The position numbers and the translations under genes are program-made. From a virus (taxonomy: Duplodnaviria > Caudoviricetes), in the IMG/VR virus record IMGVR_UViG_3300002514_000138, positions 1 through 31,585 of that record: a stretch of 31,585 nucleotides of DNA. One strand, given 5' to 3'. The notes below the pieces were generated by a model. It had not been told where the DNA came from. It searched no databases and saw only the letters and a list, made by a program, of their open reading frames with translations. The first letter of the stretch is position 1, and each line of letters starts with the position of its first letter. Of the stretch, positions 9,758-18,873 are shown in pieces.

Positions 9758-10618
9758 GTGACAAAACGAAGAAATAATCTGGAGCGCACCCGACCTCCAG
9801 CAGCCGACTCCCCAGTTTCTACCCCTACCCCCAATCAATCCGCAGAAAGTCTTTTTTCCTTCGTAACTCCTACGGAGTTTGTGGAATTACCGAGCCGCGG
9901 CCGCTTCTATGCCGAGGAGCATCCCCTTTGTGGTTGCGAAACGGTTGAAATTAAACACATGACAGCAAAAGAAGAAGATATTTTAACTTCTCAAACATTG
10001 CTTAAAAAGGGATTAGCCATTAATCGGCTCGTGAGTTCGATTCTAGTCAATAAAGACATTAACCCTGATGATCTACTCTTGGGAGACAAGAATGCGATCT
10101 TAATAGCTGCCCGCATTAGTGGCTTCGGGCCCTTTTATAATGTTAATGCGACTTGCCCCGCCTGCAGAGAGCAACAGGAAACAGTTTTTAATTTAGAAGA
10201 AGTAGCCCCCAATTATGCCCAAGAGCTACCCTCTGACATTGAGGTGTGTGACGACGGTCGTTTTGTAGTAATTCTTCCCAATTCAGAGGTAACAATCACA
10301 GTTAAATTGCTCACCAGCCGCGACGAAGCGGAGCTTGCCCAGAAGCTAGAGACCAAAAAGAAGCTTCAAAAAGTAGAAGCCACCATCACAGATCTACTTA
10401 AGTCTATTATTGTGGGGGTTGAGGAGCACACTGACCCCTCCTCTGTACATAAATTTATAGAAATGATGCCGCTGAAAGATGTCAACTATTTACGAACCCA
10501 ATATGACCAACTTAAACCAGATATGGATCTTAAGTTCGATTTCGAGTGTAGCTCGTGTAGCCATATCGGGAGGGTGGTAATGCCGATGACGGCGCAGTTT
10601 TTTTGGCCTCGACAGTAA
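9758..10618 (+). CDS. Tail/baseplate hub assembly chaperone (T4 gp26-like, Zn-binding), short form
   Basis: VELPSRG.FY, MTAKEEDIL, LL.GDKNAILIAARI, CxxC pairs (CPAC, CSSC) and terminal FFWP. Located between the tube and tape measure genes. Confidence 0.8.
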   Translation: MTKRRNNLERTRPPAADSPVSTPTPNQSAESLFSFVTPTEFVELPSRGRFYAEEHPLCGCETVEIKHMTAKEEDILTSQTLLKKGLAINRLVSSILVNKDINPDDLLLGDKNAILIAARISGFGPFYNVNATCPACREQQETVFNLEEVAPNYAQELPSDIEVCDDGRFVVILPNSEVTITVKLLTSRDEAELAQKLETKKKLQKVEATITDLLKSIIVGVEEHTDPSSVHKFIEMMPLKDVNYLRTQYDQLKPDMDLKFDFECSSCSHIGRVVMPMTAQFFWPRQ

Positions 10619-10793
10619 TTATCAAAAAGGGATCTACGAAGAGTTTTTTAGCCTTAAACAGTATGGAGGATGGTCGTTCGTCGAAATGTACAATCTTCCT
10701 ATTGCCTTAAGACGATGGTTTTTGCAACGCCTCGTTAAAGAGTACAAGAAAGAGGCGGATCACTATGAAAAACAGGTTCAGCGTAAAAGATAG
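10599..10793 (+). CDS. Start-less ORF, probable frameshift extension of the tail chaperone (lambda gpT-like part)
   Basis: The +1 frame reads FFGLDSNYQKGIYEEFFSLKQYGGWSFVEMYNLPIALRRWFLQRLVKEYKKEADHYEKQVQRKR*. It is closed upstream by TGA 10587-10589, overlaps the T7 run 10598-10604 and has no ATG until 10686. Confidence 0.75.
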   Translation, partial: FFGLDSNYQKGIYEEFFSLKQYGGWSFVEMYNLPIALRRWFLQRLVKEYKKEADHYEKQVQRKR

Positions 10794-10810
10794 ACGATTT
10801 TGGGTTTAAA

Positions 10811-10818
10811 ACTATTTA
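10811..10818 (+). promoter_or_regulatory. Putative late-promoter motif ACTATTTA
   Basis: Exact octamer upstream of the GAGGAG RBS (10825-10830). Confidence 0.65.
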
Positions 10819-10839
10819 TAACTAGAGGAGCCCTTGACG

Positions 10840-11169
10840 ATGCCCGCTGCTACGCTCGAAATTAATTTAAACCAGGTCCACCATCCCCTGGAAGAACGAC
10901 TCAAACTTTATAATAAATTCGCAGGACAGCTGGAGCAGCTTTTGCTTTCTTTGTATCAAGCTGGTATGGATGTTCCTATTAATATCACGGGTACTTCCTC
11001 TCAAATAGATGCATTTACTAGAGCTTTAGCCGGCGAAAAGAGATATCTAGACTCCTATTTGAAGCATGGTCTTACCGATACACGTACCTTGGGCTCCCGC
11101 CACAAACTCGGGGGCGCCGTAAAAAAGTTTGAAACCGAGACAGGCCTAAGATGGCCTTTTAAGAATTAG
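10840..11169 (+). CDS. Hypothetical late protein preceding the tape measure gene
   Basis: About 109 aa. ATG 10840 is well spaced from GAGGAG, whereas TTG 10834 is too close. Ends ETGLRWPFKN. Function unknown. Confidence 0.7.
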   Translation: MPAATLEINLNQVHHPLEERLKLYNKFAGQLEQLLLSLYQAGMDVPINITGTSSQIDAFTRALAGEKRYLDSYLKHGLTDTRTLGSRHKLGGAVKKFETETGLRWPFKN

Positions 11170-11179
11170 GGGAAGTTAG

Positions 11180-13441
11180 ATGGCAGAGACGATGACCCAG
11201 CAACAGCTTGAGCTACTTCGGAAGCAATTTAAGGACTTCCAGCAAGAGCTGAAAGAGCTTACCTTTCCTGCGGGGAAGATGCTTGAAGAGCTGAAAAAAT
11301 TTAGCCAAGGAATGGCTGAGTCTTCGGCTACTTTGGTCGAACAAAAGCAAAAAATAGACGCCAACAAGGTCGCCCTCCAGCAACTGGTTGAAGCCGAAAA
11401 ACAGGCGAAGAAAGCGCTCGATAAGTCAACCGAAGCCACGGAGCGTCACAACCAAATCAAAGCAGCTCGAATCGCCCTAGAAGAGGAAACCGACAAGCTT
11501 GTAAAAGATAGTGTTGATAGTATTAAAGACTTCGAAGAGGTCTTGGCGGCGCAAGAGGGTGTCTTAAAGAAAGCGACCGGCGCCCAAATTGCGTATGCAG
11601 AGGCATTAGAACTTCTCAAGAGTGGCGATGTGGCCGGCGCAAAGAAAAAGATGGCCGAAGGGGCCAAGGCCGTTGGAGAGTATACATCGAAAGTAGAAGA
11701 AGGAGCGGCGGCTTTCGGTAAATTCTCGAATACTCTCCTGAGTGTCGAGGGGCCCCTCGGTGAAATCGGTTCGCTCCTAAGGATGGGTACCGGGGGGCTC
11801 GCAGGAATGGCCGAGGGCCTCATGGAATCTGCGGCTAGCGGCGACTTGTACTTGAATATGGGCCTTAAGCTAGTCGATTTAAGTATGGACATGATTAAAT
11901 ACCAGCTTGACTTTGCAATCGGCCAGCACGATGCAATTGCTGAATTTCGCAAGGCAACCGGCGCGGGTACTGAATATAATGATATGATGAGGAAAGTGGA
12001 GCGCTCCAATTATCGGATCGGTGTTTCCATGGAGGACGTGGCCGGTTCCACCACGGCAATGAAAAATACCTTTACTGATTTTACATATTTGAGTAAGGAC
12101 GTTCAAGCAGATCTGATAGAAACATCTACTCATTTAGAAAAAATGGGCCTCTCCTTTGGGTCACAAGCCCAGGTAATGCAGGTTGCAACCCAAAGCATGA
12201 ATATGAGTGTGGCGGAATCTAAACAGCTCATGATCGATTTGGCCTCCACTGCACGTTCGTTGGGGATGGACATTGAGGAGGTTGGCTCTCAATTTTTAGA
12301 AAATAAAGAATTTCTTGTGGGATTTGGCGACGATGCGGGTAAGGTCTTCGAGGACATGGCCAAACAAGCCAAGGCTTTAGGCATGGAAGTCTCGACGCTT
12401 ACGGGCCTCATGGATAAATTTAGTAGCTTTGACGAAGCGGGCCAAGCGGTGGGGCGTCTTAACTCAATTTTAGGCGGACCATTCCTAAACTCCATCGATA
12501 TGATGAATGCTGCGTTTGAGGATCCAATTGAAGGTATTAAAATGCTTAAGGAAGGATTTGACCAAGCTGGGGTTGCGGCCGACAGTTTATCGCGTCCTGA
12601 ATTACTAGCCTTTGCAGATGCATTGGGTCTGTCTGCTGAAGAAACTGCGAACCTTCTGGGTAAAAGTAATGAAGAACTAGAGATTCAAAGGATTAGACAG
12701 GAGGAGTTAGCAGAGCAAGCACGTCAAACACAATCTCTAACAGATCAGCTTACAAACGCTTTCCAGGGCTTGTATGTTCAACTGGGCCCCATCATCGAAG
12801 AGAAGGTTGTTCCCTTTATCGGGTATTTGGGAACCATGATGGAGCTCTTCAGTGGTATTATACAGAGTAAAGAGGGGATGGTGGCTTTCTTCACGGCCGT
12901 TGGTGCCATTATGGGAGCAGGAATTGCCATCGTTGTAGGAATGGCTATGGCCATGGCTGCTGCTGCAATCGCTTCCGTGGCGGGCGCCCCGGCCGGCAGC
13001 GCAGCGATCGGCATTCTGGGTGCGATTTTGCCCACCATGGCTGCAATTGGGGGCGGCGGCGCAGTCCTCGGCCGGATCGCGGGTGCAAAGCTCGCATCAG
13101 TAGGCGAAGGCGCCGCAAAGGAAGAAGAGGAGAGCGAAGAGCCGCGCTTCCAACACGGAGGCACCGTCAAGGCCTCTACAGTCGCTATGGTTGGCGAAGC
13201 TGGTCCTGAAATGGTTGAACTTCCGGGCGGAAGCCGCGTGACGTCTGCGCCGGCCACTCAGCAACTAACTCATGCTATTAATACTTTATCACGTAAACTT
13301 GAGAGTGGCGGAGGGGCTGGATCCACCGGCCCAATTCAACTTTCTGTATACATTGGCCAAGATAAAGTAGATGAGATAGTAGTTAAAGCATTAAACTCCG
13401 ATACGGCGCGGAACCAGATGTCGCCGTACGCGAATGTATAG
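11180..13441 (+). CDS. Tail tape measure protein
   Basis: 753-aa helical A/E/K/M-rich protein with a hydrophobic A/G-rich segment and a C-terminal F..GG.V.....MVGEAGPE motif. Located after the tube and chaperone genes. Confidence 0.88.
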   Translation: MAETMTQQQLELLRKQFKDFQQELKELTFPAGKMLEELKKFSQGMAESSATLVEQKQKIDANKVALQQLVEAEKQAKKALDKSTEATERHNQIKAARIALEEETDKLVKDSVDSIKDFEEVLAAQEGVLKKATGAQIAYAEALELLKSGDVAGAKKKMAEGAKAVGEYTSKVEEGAAAFGKFSNTLLSVEGPLGEIGSLLRMGTGGLAGMAEGLMESAASGDLYLNMGLKLVDLSMDMIKYQLDFAIGQHDAIAEFRKATGAGTEYNDMMRKVERSNYRIGVSMEDVAGSTTAMKNTFTDFTYLSKDVQADLIETSTHLEKMGLSFGSQAQVMQVATQSMNMSVAESKQLMIDLASTARSLGMDIEEVGSQFLENKEFLVGFGDDAGKVFEDMAKQAKALGMEVSTLTGLMDKFSSFDEAGQAVGRLNSILGGPFLNSIDMMNAAFEDPIEGIKMLKEGFDQAGVAADSLSRPELLAFADALGLSAEETANLLGKSNEELEIQRIRQEELAEQARQTQSLTDQLTNAFQGLYVQLGPIIEEKVVPFIGYLGTMMELFSGIIQSKEGMVAFFTAVGAIMGAGIAIVVGMAMAMAAAAIASVAGAPAGSAAIGILGAILPTMAAIGGGGAVLGRIAGAKLASVGEGAAKEEEESEEPRFQHGGTVKASTVAMVGEAGPEMVELPGGSRVTSAPATQQLTHAINTLSRKLESGGGAGSTGPIQLSVYIGQDKVDEIVVKALNSDTARNQMSPYANV

Positions 13442-13454
13442 GGAAAATGGATAG

Positions 13455-14360
13455 ATGGCATTAACTTTTGCTCCGTCGTTAAGAAACGCAGGATTCTTTC
13501 AGATTGAAATCACGCATTTGCCAACCGCTCATGGAGAGGGGAATGAATCGCTTTCCTTCGAAGGGTGGGTTACAGAGTTCAGTGATGATTTTACTTCCAC
13601 CTGGAATGCTGAAACCGTTTATGGGCGCATGGATCCTCTTGCTACTTTTCAAAACACGAGCCGAAAAATTAGTTTGGCGTTTGATGTGGTGTCAGATAAT
13701 AGTGCGATCGCCGAGCGTAATCTTGGCAAAGTTAATCGCCTTATTGAATTTCTCTATCCTGTGTACGCACGAGAAGTAACGGAGAACACTCGTGACCTTC
13801 AAAATACTTTGAAAGCGTCCCCCCTGTGGGGACTTAAATGGACCAACCTTATTGCAACGCCTCATACAAATCGATTTTTAGTTGGCTATGTTGAAGGATT
13901 TAGTTATGCGCCCGATATGGAGATGGGCGGCTTTTTGCGGGGCGATTACGTGGCCATCCAGGGCCGCGAAGTCGCGGACGAACAGGGCGACCAGGCCCGC
14001 GCATCGGGCGTAGGCCATGGCGCGCCGATTGAAGGGGACGAAACAGGGACGTATCAGACGACGCGGTCGAGAGGAGTTGTTAGGAATCAGTATATTCCCA
14101 AAGTACTTAATATTTCATTTAACTTTACTGTTCTGCATACTCACTTGCCCGGGTGGTTTTACAAGGACGGCAGATATGTTTTTGGTTCCGACGACATTGA
14201 TGGCAAGTTCCCCAATGCGAGTTTGCAGCCCAGCATGCTCTTGAGCCAGCATGTAGAAAGAGAGGTTAACTCGGAGGGTGAATTAGTTAATCAAACTATT
14301 TTAAGTGGCTCGGTCGAGGAGATGAACCAAGCGGACGTTTTAGAGGGGCTAACTGAATGA
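13455..14360 (+). CDS. Baseplate/tail-tube initiator-like protein
   Basis: F...W....VYGRMDP..TFQNT.R.ISL.F motif and P....ISF.FTVLH. Located after the tape measure gene. Confidence 0.6.
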   Translation: MALTFAPSLRNAGFFQIEITHLPTAHGEGNESLSFEGWVTEFSDDFTSTWNAETVYGRMDPLATFQNTSRKISLAFDVVSDNSAIAERNLGKVNRLIEFLYPVYAREVTENTRDLQNTLKASPLWGLKWTNLIATPHTNRFLVGYVEGFSYAPDMEMGGFLRGDYVAIQGREVADEQGDQARASGVGHGAPIEGDETGTYQTTRSRGVVRNQYIPKVLNISFNFTVLHTHLPGWFYKDGRYVFGSDDIDGKFPNASLQPSMLLSQHVEREVNSEGELVNQTILSGSVEEMNQADVLEGLTE

Positions 14361-14695
14361 GTGTACGTTTTAGTAATCGTCGTATCTTGCTCAACCAAGA
14401 AGAAGAATATGAGAGATTTTTCAAACGGCGCCATATTTCCTCCATTCGACAATGGAGCACCGGCCGCCTTTACTATCCTACTGTCTCCGACCTCCGCGCC
14501 ATTACGCGCAATCAGCATATCTGGAAGGCTGGAGATAGATATTATAAGTTAGCCATTCAATATTATGGGCAAGCTCAATATTGGTGGGTCATAGCTTTGT
14601 TTAATAAAAAACCCACAGAGGCCCACTTAAGAGTCGGCCAGAGTATTTCCATCCCGATGCCCCTACAGGCTATTTTGAGAGTTTATGATGGATAA
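14357..14695 (+). CDS. LysM-like baseplate wedge protein (gp53/tail X-like)
   Basis: HIWKAGDRYYKLAIQYYG....WWVIA.FN......L.VGQ.I.IP. ATGA overlap with the upstream gene. Confidence 0.8.
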   Translation: MSVRFSNRRILLNQEEEYERFFKRRHISSIRQWSTGRLYYPTVSDLRAITRNQHIWKAGDRYYKLAIQYYGQAQYWWVIALFNKKPTEAHLRVGQSISIPMPLQAILRVYDG

Positions 14696-14715
14696 AGAAA
14701 AGAGAGGATGAAAAG

Positions 14716-17700
14716 ATGGGTGCACAAGCATATTTGGACAGGGACGTTGAGTTATTATATGATCTGATGAGAAACTATTATGAAATTCAGACTTTTGAAG
14801 ATGCTTATGAGCAGTTTTTTTCGCCTGACTATTGGGCCAAGTTCGGCGCTGCGGCAGTCAAGACGGGTACGAAGAACAAGATTTCGTCGGCCGATCCTAC
14901 TGCCGCCCTCTTAGCAATCGGCCCTGGCCCCGGAGGGGGAACGATTGCTGTGGAGGGCTCCGGGGACAACGCGACACCCGTCTCGGGCCGTGGTAGCTAT
15001 TGGCGCCATACTTTTACCATATTCAAAAAAATTGGATTAATTTCGTGCCTTAACCCGCGCCGGTTTTCTGTTTATCAGATTCCGATGCCCACTGGCTGGT
15101 CCAACCCTTTCGACGGCGACGCTTGGAAGTGGAATAAGGACGCTTATAAAAAGATTTATTGGAATTTGCAGGAAAATGCTCCTAGTTCAAAGTCATGGGA
15201 CAAAAACCATCCGCCCCCTGTCAAGCTTGAGGGGACGACGGGGGGGTACGGCAGAGTTCGTCTTGTCTATAGCGATAACTATGACGGAGGAGATTATGAG
15301 GCCATAAATCTCCACTGCAAGGATGGGATGTATTTTGTGTCTCCTCATATCTTAAATGTTATCGCTCGCAAGGGAGTCTTCCTGCGCGATATCGGCAAGG
15401 AAAAGGGTAATTCGTCACTGACCCAGCGCGGCCAGAGTTTCTGTGACCTATACTACGACCTAATGATGATGTTGTATAGTTTGTGTACAATGCATCCCGA
15501 CTTCACGGCAAACAAATCAAAGCAAAGTGACAGCAAAAATAATATAGGCTTTATAACGCCGCTGGACGGAACGAACAGCCGGTGGACCAGGGGCACCGCG
15601 AACCCCAAGACCGGCGCGATGCTTCGAGACGGCATGGATAATCATATCTATTATAAAGCAGCGATGTTCGTCAAGGATTCGAAGACTACGATCGCACACC
15701 TAGACAATCCCAGAGGTCACCCCGACGCGTTAACAGCCGGCAAGACCTACATGTGGCTCGACAGTGACATGCGGAAGAAGTATGAGTGTGAATTCTTATT
15801 TGAGGGCGGCTCCGGTCGCAACCAGGGTGGCAACGGGATCCCCGGCATTGAAAACTACAAGAAAGCTACAGTTGTGTTTGCCATTTGGGGGAAGCTCCCT
15901 GGAGGCTGGTGGTTGAATAATAGCGCGTCGTCCCTTCAAACCTGGATGAAAAAGTATGTTGACGGAGAACCCCCGGCCGGAAGCCTGTCCGGAGGCGGCA
16001 ATGAAGTAAACAAGATTCATGCCAAGATCATGGCCATCATTAAGTCGGAGATCGGGATTCTCGACGTTGAGACCACAGATTCGGTGGTCGGCATGCTGGG
16101 CCCCAAGACGAGCAGCGGATACTCGACAAAGAAGTCGGTGTATGGCACCTACAACATGTATCTCAAAAATCGCAACGACCGTCTGAACGATATTATTGCA
16201 TTTTTTGGTGATTCTAAAACGAGCACGTTCGTGGCAGACATCCAAGATCCGGAAGCCGCCGAGAAATCAGAGGAGATAACTGGTAGAAACATCTTTGAGG
16301 ATGCCCAGACCGCGGCGAACAAGGCACGCCATGCGCTAACCCCCACCGATGTTCAGTGTTTGTTGCTCGAACACATCCGTGCCTTATCGGTTTCTCACAT
16401 CCCCCAGTACAAGCACCTTATTCGGCTTGACACCAATAAAGAGCCCGCCCTGGTTCAAAATAGGCTTGAACACAAGATGGAGCCCGACGAGGTAAAAGCT
16501 TTTCTTCAAATGTGCCCCGATCTTCAAGGATCTATCGTCCCTTATCTCAGGCTTTACCGCGTTGACTATGATAAATTTGGAAAAATAATCGGGGACGAGA
16601 AGGAATTTCGCATTCCTAATTTTATATTAGATAACGATGTAACTCAAATTATGGAGGGGAATCGCGGCCGCGTCCCGGGTGCTGGTATTAAATCGTTTAC
16701 GTGGAGCCTCGACGGCATCCAACCGGCTGAGGTAGATAACAATATTAGCGCTACACTCGACATGTATTTTCAGTCGGTAGCGGATTTTTTCCAAGGATCT
16801 ATGCAGGCGGGCGGCAAAAGAACGTCCTTTTTGGATCTGGTGATATCATCGCCAGGATCGAGCGCCCAGTCTCTGGCCGACGCGAAGCCTAAAGGTGACG
16901 ACCCGAAGGCAAAAGCGCCCAAGAGCAAAAGCTGTTTAGACCAGCACCTTACGCGGGACTACACGGGCGCCAATTATCGTATCAAAGTAGTAGCGGGATG
17001 GAGCGCTCCCGACGGACTGGAGGACCTCTATGTTCAATTGGGGAAAGAACGTGCCGAGGCCCTGGGCCGAGCCATCGCGAAAAGTAAAAAAGTTTTATTT
17101 CTCCAGCAGACGCGTCACGAATTCGATTTTAATCAAGACGGCAGTCTGAGTCTTTCTATTAAATATCAAGCTAGCCTCTCCGGGATGCTCACCGGCCGCA
17201 CATCTAACATTTTTGCTACATCATCCGAGAGCATCAAAAAAGACATCGCTGCAAAGGAAGCCGAGGTCGAAGAGCTAGGCGACCGCGCCGCCAAGAGTAA
17301 AGGTGGCCAACGCGCAGTGGAGGCTGCCCTCAATGAGTTGAAGCGACTGCGCGGGGAAGATAAATTGATAAAATATCGCAAGCTTTTGCGCGGTCTTTTT
17401 GCTAGCAAAAAGATTTATAATTTAGCGATTGATAAAAAAGAGTTTGCCCTTCCTCAATGGGCCCAACTGACAGGCAAACAACGCGCCCGGAGAGCCATGC
17501 GCAAACAAGCGGTTGCCCTAGAGGTTACGACTGGAGGGGGGCCCGAGAATACCGTCGTATTGGATTCGGTGGCCAAGGCGATTGCTACTCAAGGCTCCAC
17601 CGCCGACGCCGCGTCCGCGACTTCGACAGCACTCATCCCGAAATATGACCTACTGGCCAAAGACCCCGGCGCGATTACTACCATCTCTTATTTTTATTTA

Positions 17701-18870
17701 GGAGACTTACTAGACAACGTATTAGAACAGATAAAAGCAAATCAAGACGGCCAACCTCTTGACTTTCAGTTCTTCCTTTCCGAAGTTGAGATGATTGACC
17801 CTCTTCAAGCGATGAAAATAAAAAATATGGATGATATTTTGAATTCGGGCCAATCACTCTCCTCTATGGCGTTCCTAGATGCTCTTGCGGCGTCCGATCC
17901 CGCCGCCTTTTCAAAGACCATGGGGGTCACACAACTTATGAATATCGGAGATATTCCCATTTCTCTAGACGCCTTTCAGATTTGGTTTAAGGATAAGGTG
18001 ATTAAAAAAGATCTTGATAACTATTATTTCCTTCATTTTGTCAAAGATTTGTGCGCTGATCTTATTTCAGGAGCATTGAAGTCAAAGTGTTTTGGACCAG
18101 ATGTTCAGTTTATTCAACGTTTTGATGCACAGCCCATATCGCTTAGAAAGGGGTTCGAAGCAGCTCCGCTCGTTCCCGGAGGTCTGATGCCCGTTACGGG
18201 AATGACGGGCTTAAGCACCCTTATACAGGCCTCCGATGAGATCACCTCTCCTAAGAAGCTAACTTTGGGGGTGGTGCTCTTTTCTACCGATTCGAGGCCC
18301 AAAGACTTAACAGGAGACTATGCAACCGACATCCAGCAAGGGGTTTACCATCACTATCTTGGAAGCCCCTGTGGGCTCGTTAAAAGCATTAAATTTAATC
18401 GAGAAGAGCAGCCCATGTTACGGGAAGCTAAAATTCAAAAAAAGGGCGCCCTCGGCGCCGAACAACTCCGCGAACTCTATTCAGCTACATTAGAGCTTTA
18501 TGGTAATACTCTGTATAAGAATGGTAACTTTGTTTATATTAACCCCATGTTAATGGGAGCAACCCAGAAACAACTTACTACCCTAGGACTTCATGGTTAT
18601 TATCGTATAACCAAGGTTGAATCAAAGATAAGCGAAGCGGGGTTTGATGTATCTATAAAGGCTCTCCTGGAGGGAACCGAATTCTGTGACACCAAGCTGA
18701 TGGCCCCCGAAACCTATGGCGGAATCAGACCCGAAGAAGAGATCTGGTATCCGCCTGGGTCGACTGGAGGTGGCGCCTCGGGCGGCGGCGGAGGGGGCGG
18801 ATCCCGAGAGGATCCGGGCCATGGGCTGGTCACCATGCTCGACCGGTTCGCCAAGGACGTCGGCAACTAA
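14716..18870 (+). CDS. Large baseplate hub-like protein (gp27/gpD-type C-terminus) with a long uncharacterised N-terminal region
   Basis: 1384 aa, after the LysM gene. C-terminal SATLELYGN.LYK.G.FVYINP...GL.GYY.ITKVES.I...GFDV.I.A is typical of contractile-tail hub proteins. Confidence 0.55.
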   Translation: MGAQAYLDRDVELLYDLMRNYYEIQTFEDAYEQFFSPDYWAKFGAAAVKTGTKNKISSADPTAALLAIGPGPGGGTIAVEGSGDNATPVSGRGSYWRHTFTIFKKIGLISCLNPRRFSVYQIPMPTGWSNPFDGDAWKWNKDAYKKIYWNLQENAPSSKSWDKNHPPPVKLEGTTGGYGRVRLVYSDNYDGGDYEAINLHCKDGMYFVSPHILNVIARKGVFLRDIGKEKGNSSLTQRGQSFCDLYYDLMMMLYSLCTMHPDFTANKSKQSDSKNNIGFITPLDGTNSRWTRGTANPKTGAMLRDGMDNHIYYKAAMFVKDSKTTIAHLDNPRGHPDALTAGKTYMWLDSDMRKKYECEFLFEGGSGRNQGGNGIPGIENYKKATVVFAIWGKLPGGWWLNNSASSLQTWMKKYVDGEPPAGSLSGGGNEVNKIHAKIMAIIKSEIGILDVETTDSVVGMLGPKTSSGYSTKKSVYGTYNMYLKNRNDRLNDIIAFFGDSKTSTFVADIQDPEAAEKSEEITGRNIFEDAQTAANKARHALTPTDVQCLLLEHIRALSVSHIPQYKHLIRLDTNKEPALVQNRLEHKMEPDEVKAFLQMCPDLQGSIVPYLRLYRVDYDKFGKIIGDEKEFRIPNFILDNDVTQIMEGNRGRVPGAGIKSFTWSLDGIQPAEVDNNISATLDMYFQSVADFFQGSMQAGGKRTSFLDLVISSPGSSAQSLADAKPKGDDPKAKAPKSKSCLDQHLTRDYTGANYRIKVVAGWSAPDGLEDLYVQLGKERAEALGRAIAKSKKVLFLQQTRHEFDFNQDGSLSLSIKYQASLSGMLTGRTSNIFATSSESIKKDIAAKEAEVEELGDRAAKSKGGQRAVEAALNELKRLRGEDKLIKYRKLLRGLFASKKIYNLAIDKKEFALPQWAQLTGKQRARRAMRKQAVALEVTTGGGPENTVVLDSVAKAIATQGSTADAASATSTALIPKYDLLAKDPGAITTISYFYLGDLLDNVLEQIKANQDGQPLDFQFFLSEVEMIDPLQAMKIKNMDDILNSGQSLSSMAFLDALAASDPAAFSKTMGVTQLMNIGDIPISLDAFQIWFKDKVIKKDLDNYYFLHFVKDLCADLISGALKSKCFGPDVQFIQRFDAQPISLRKGFEAAPLVPGGLMPVTGMTGLSTLIQASDEITSPKKLTLGVVLFSTDSRPKDLTGDYATDIQQGVYHHYLGSPCGLVKSIKFNREEQPMLREAKIQKKGALGAEQLRELYSATLELYGNTLYKNGNFVYINPMLMGATQKQLTTLGLHGYYRITKVESKISEAGFDVSIKALLEGTEFCDTKLMAPETYGGIRPEEEIWYPPGSTGGGASGGGGGGGSREDPGHGLVTMLDRFAKDVGN

Positions 18871-18873
18871 GCT

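Noticed and set aside
10597-10710. -1 frameshift product of the tail chaperone
   Set aside because: The -1 frame stays open for only about 37 codons with no recognisable pattern, while the +1 frame fills the gap and looks protein-like.
11446-13257. Long minus-strand ORFs (11446-12009, 12778-13257) and other antisense ORFs in the track
   Set aside because: They lie wholly opposite well-supported genes and have shadow-like composition with no recognisable motifs.
6220-18870. Sheath, tube, LysM and hub genes as a bacterial eCIS, tailocin or T6SS locus
   Set aside because: They are contiguous with a gp23 capsid, scaffold, neck and phage replication genes, so this is a phage tail.
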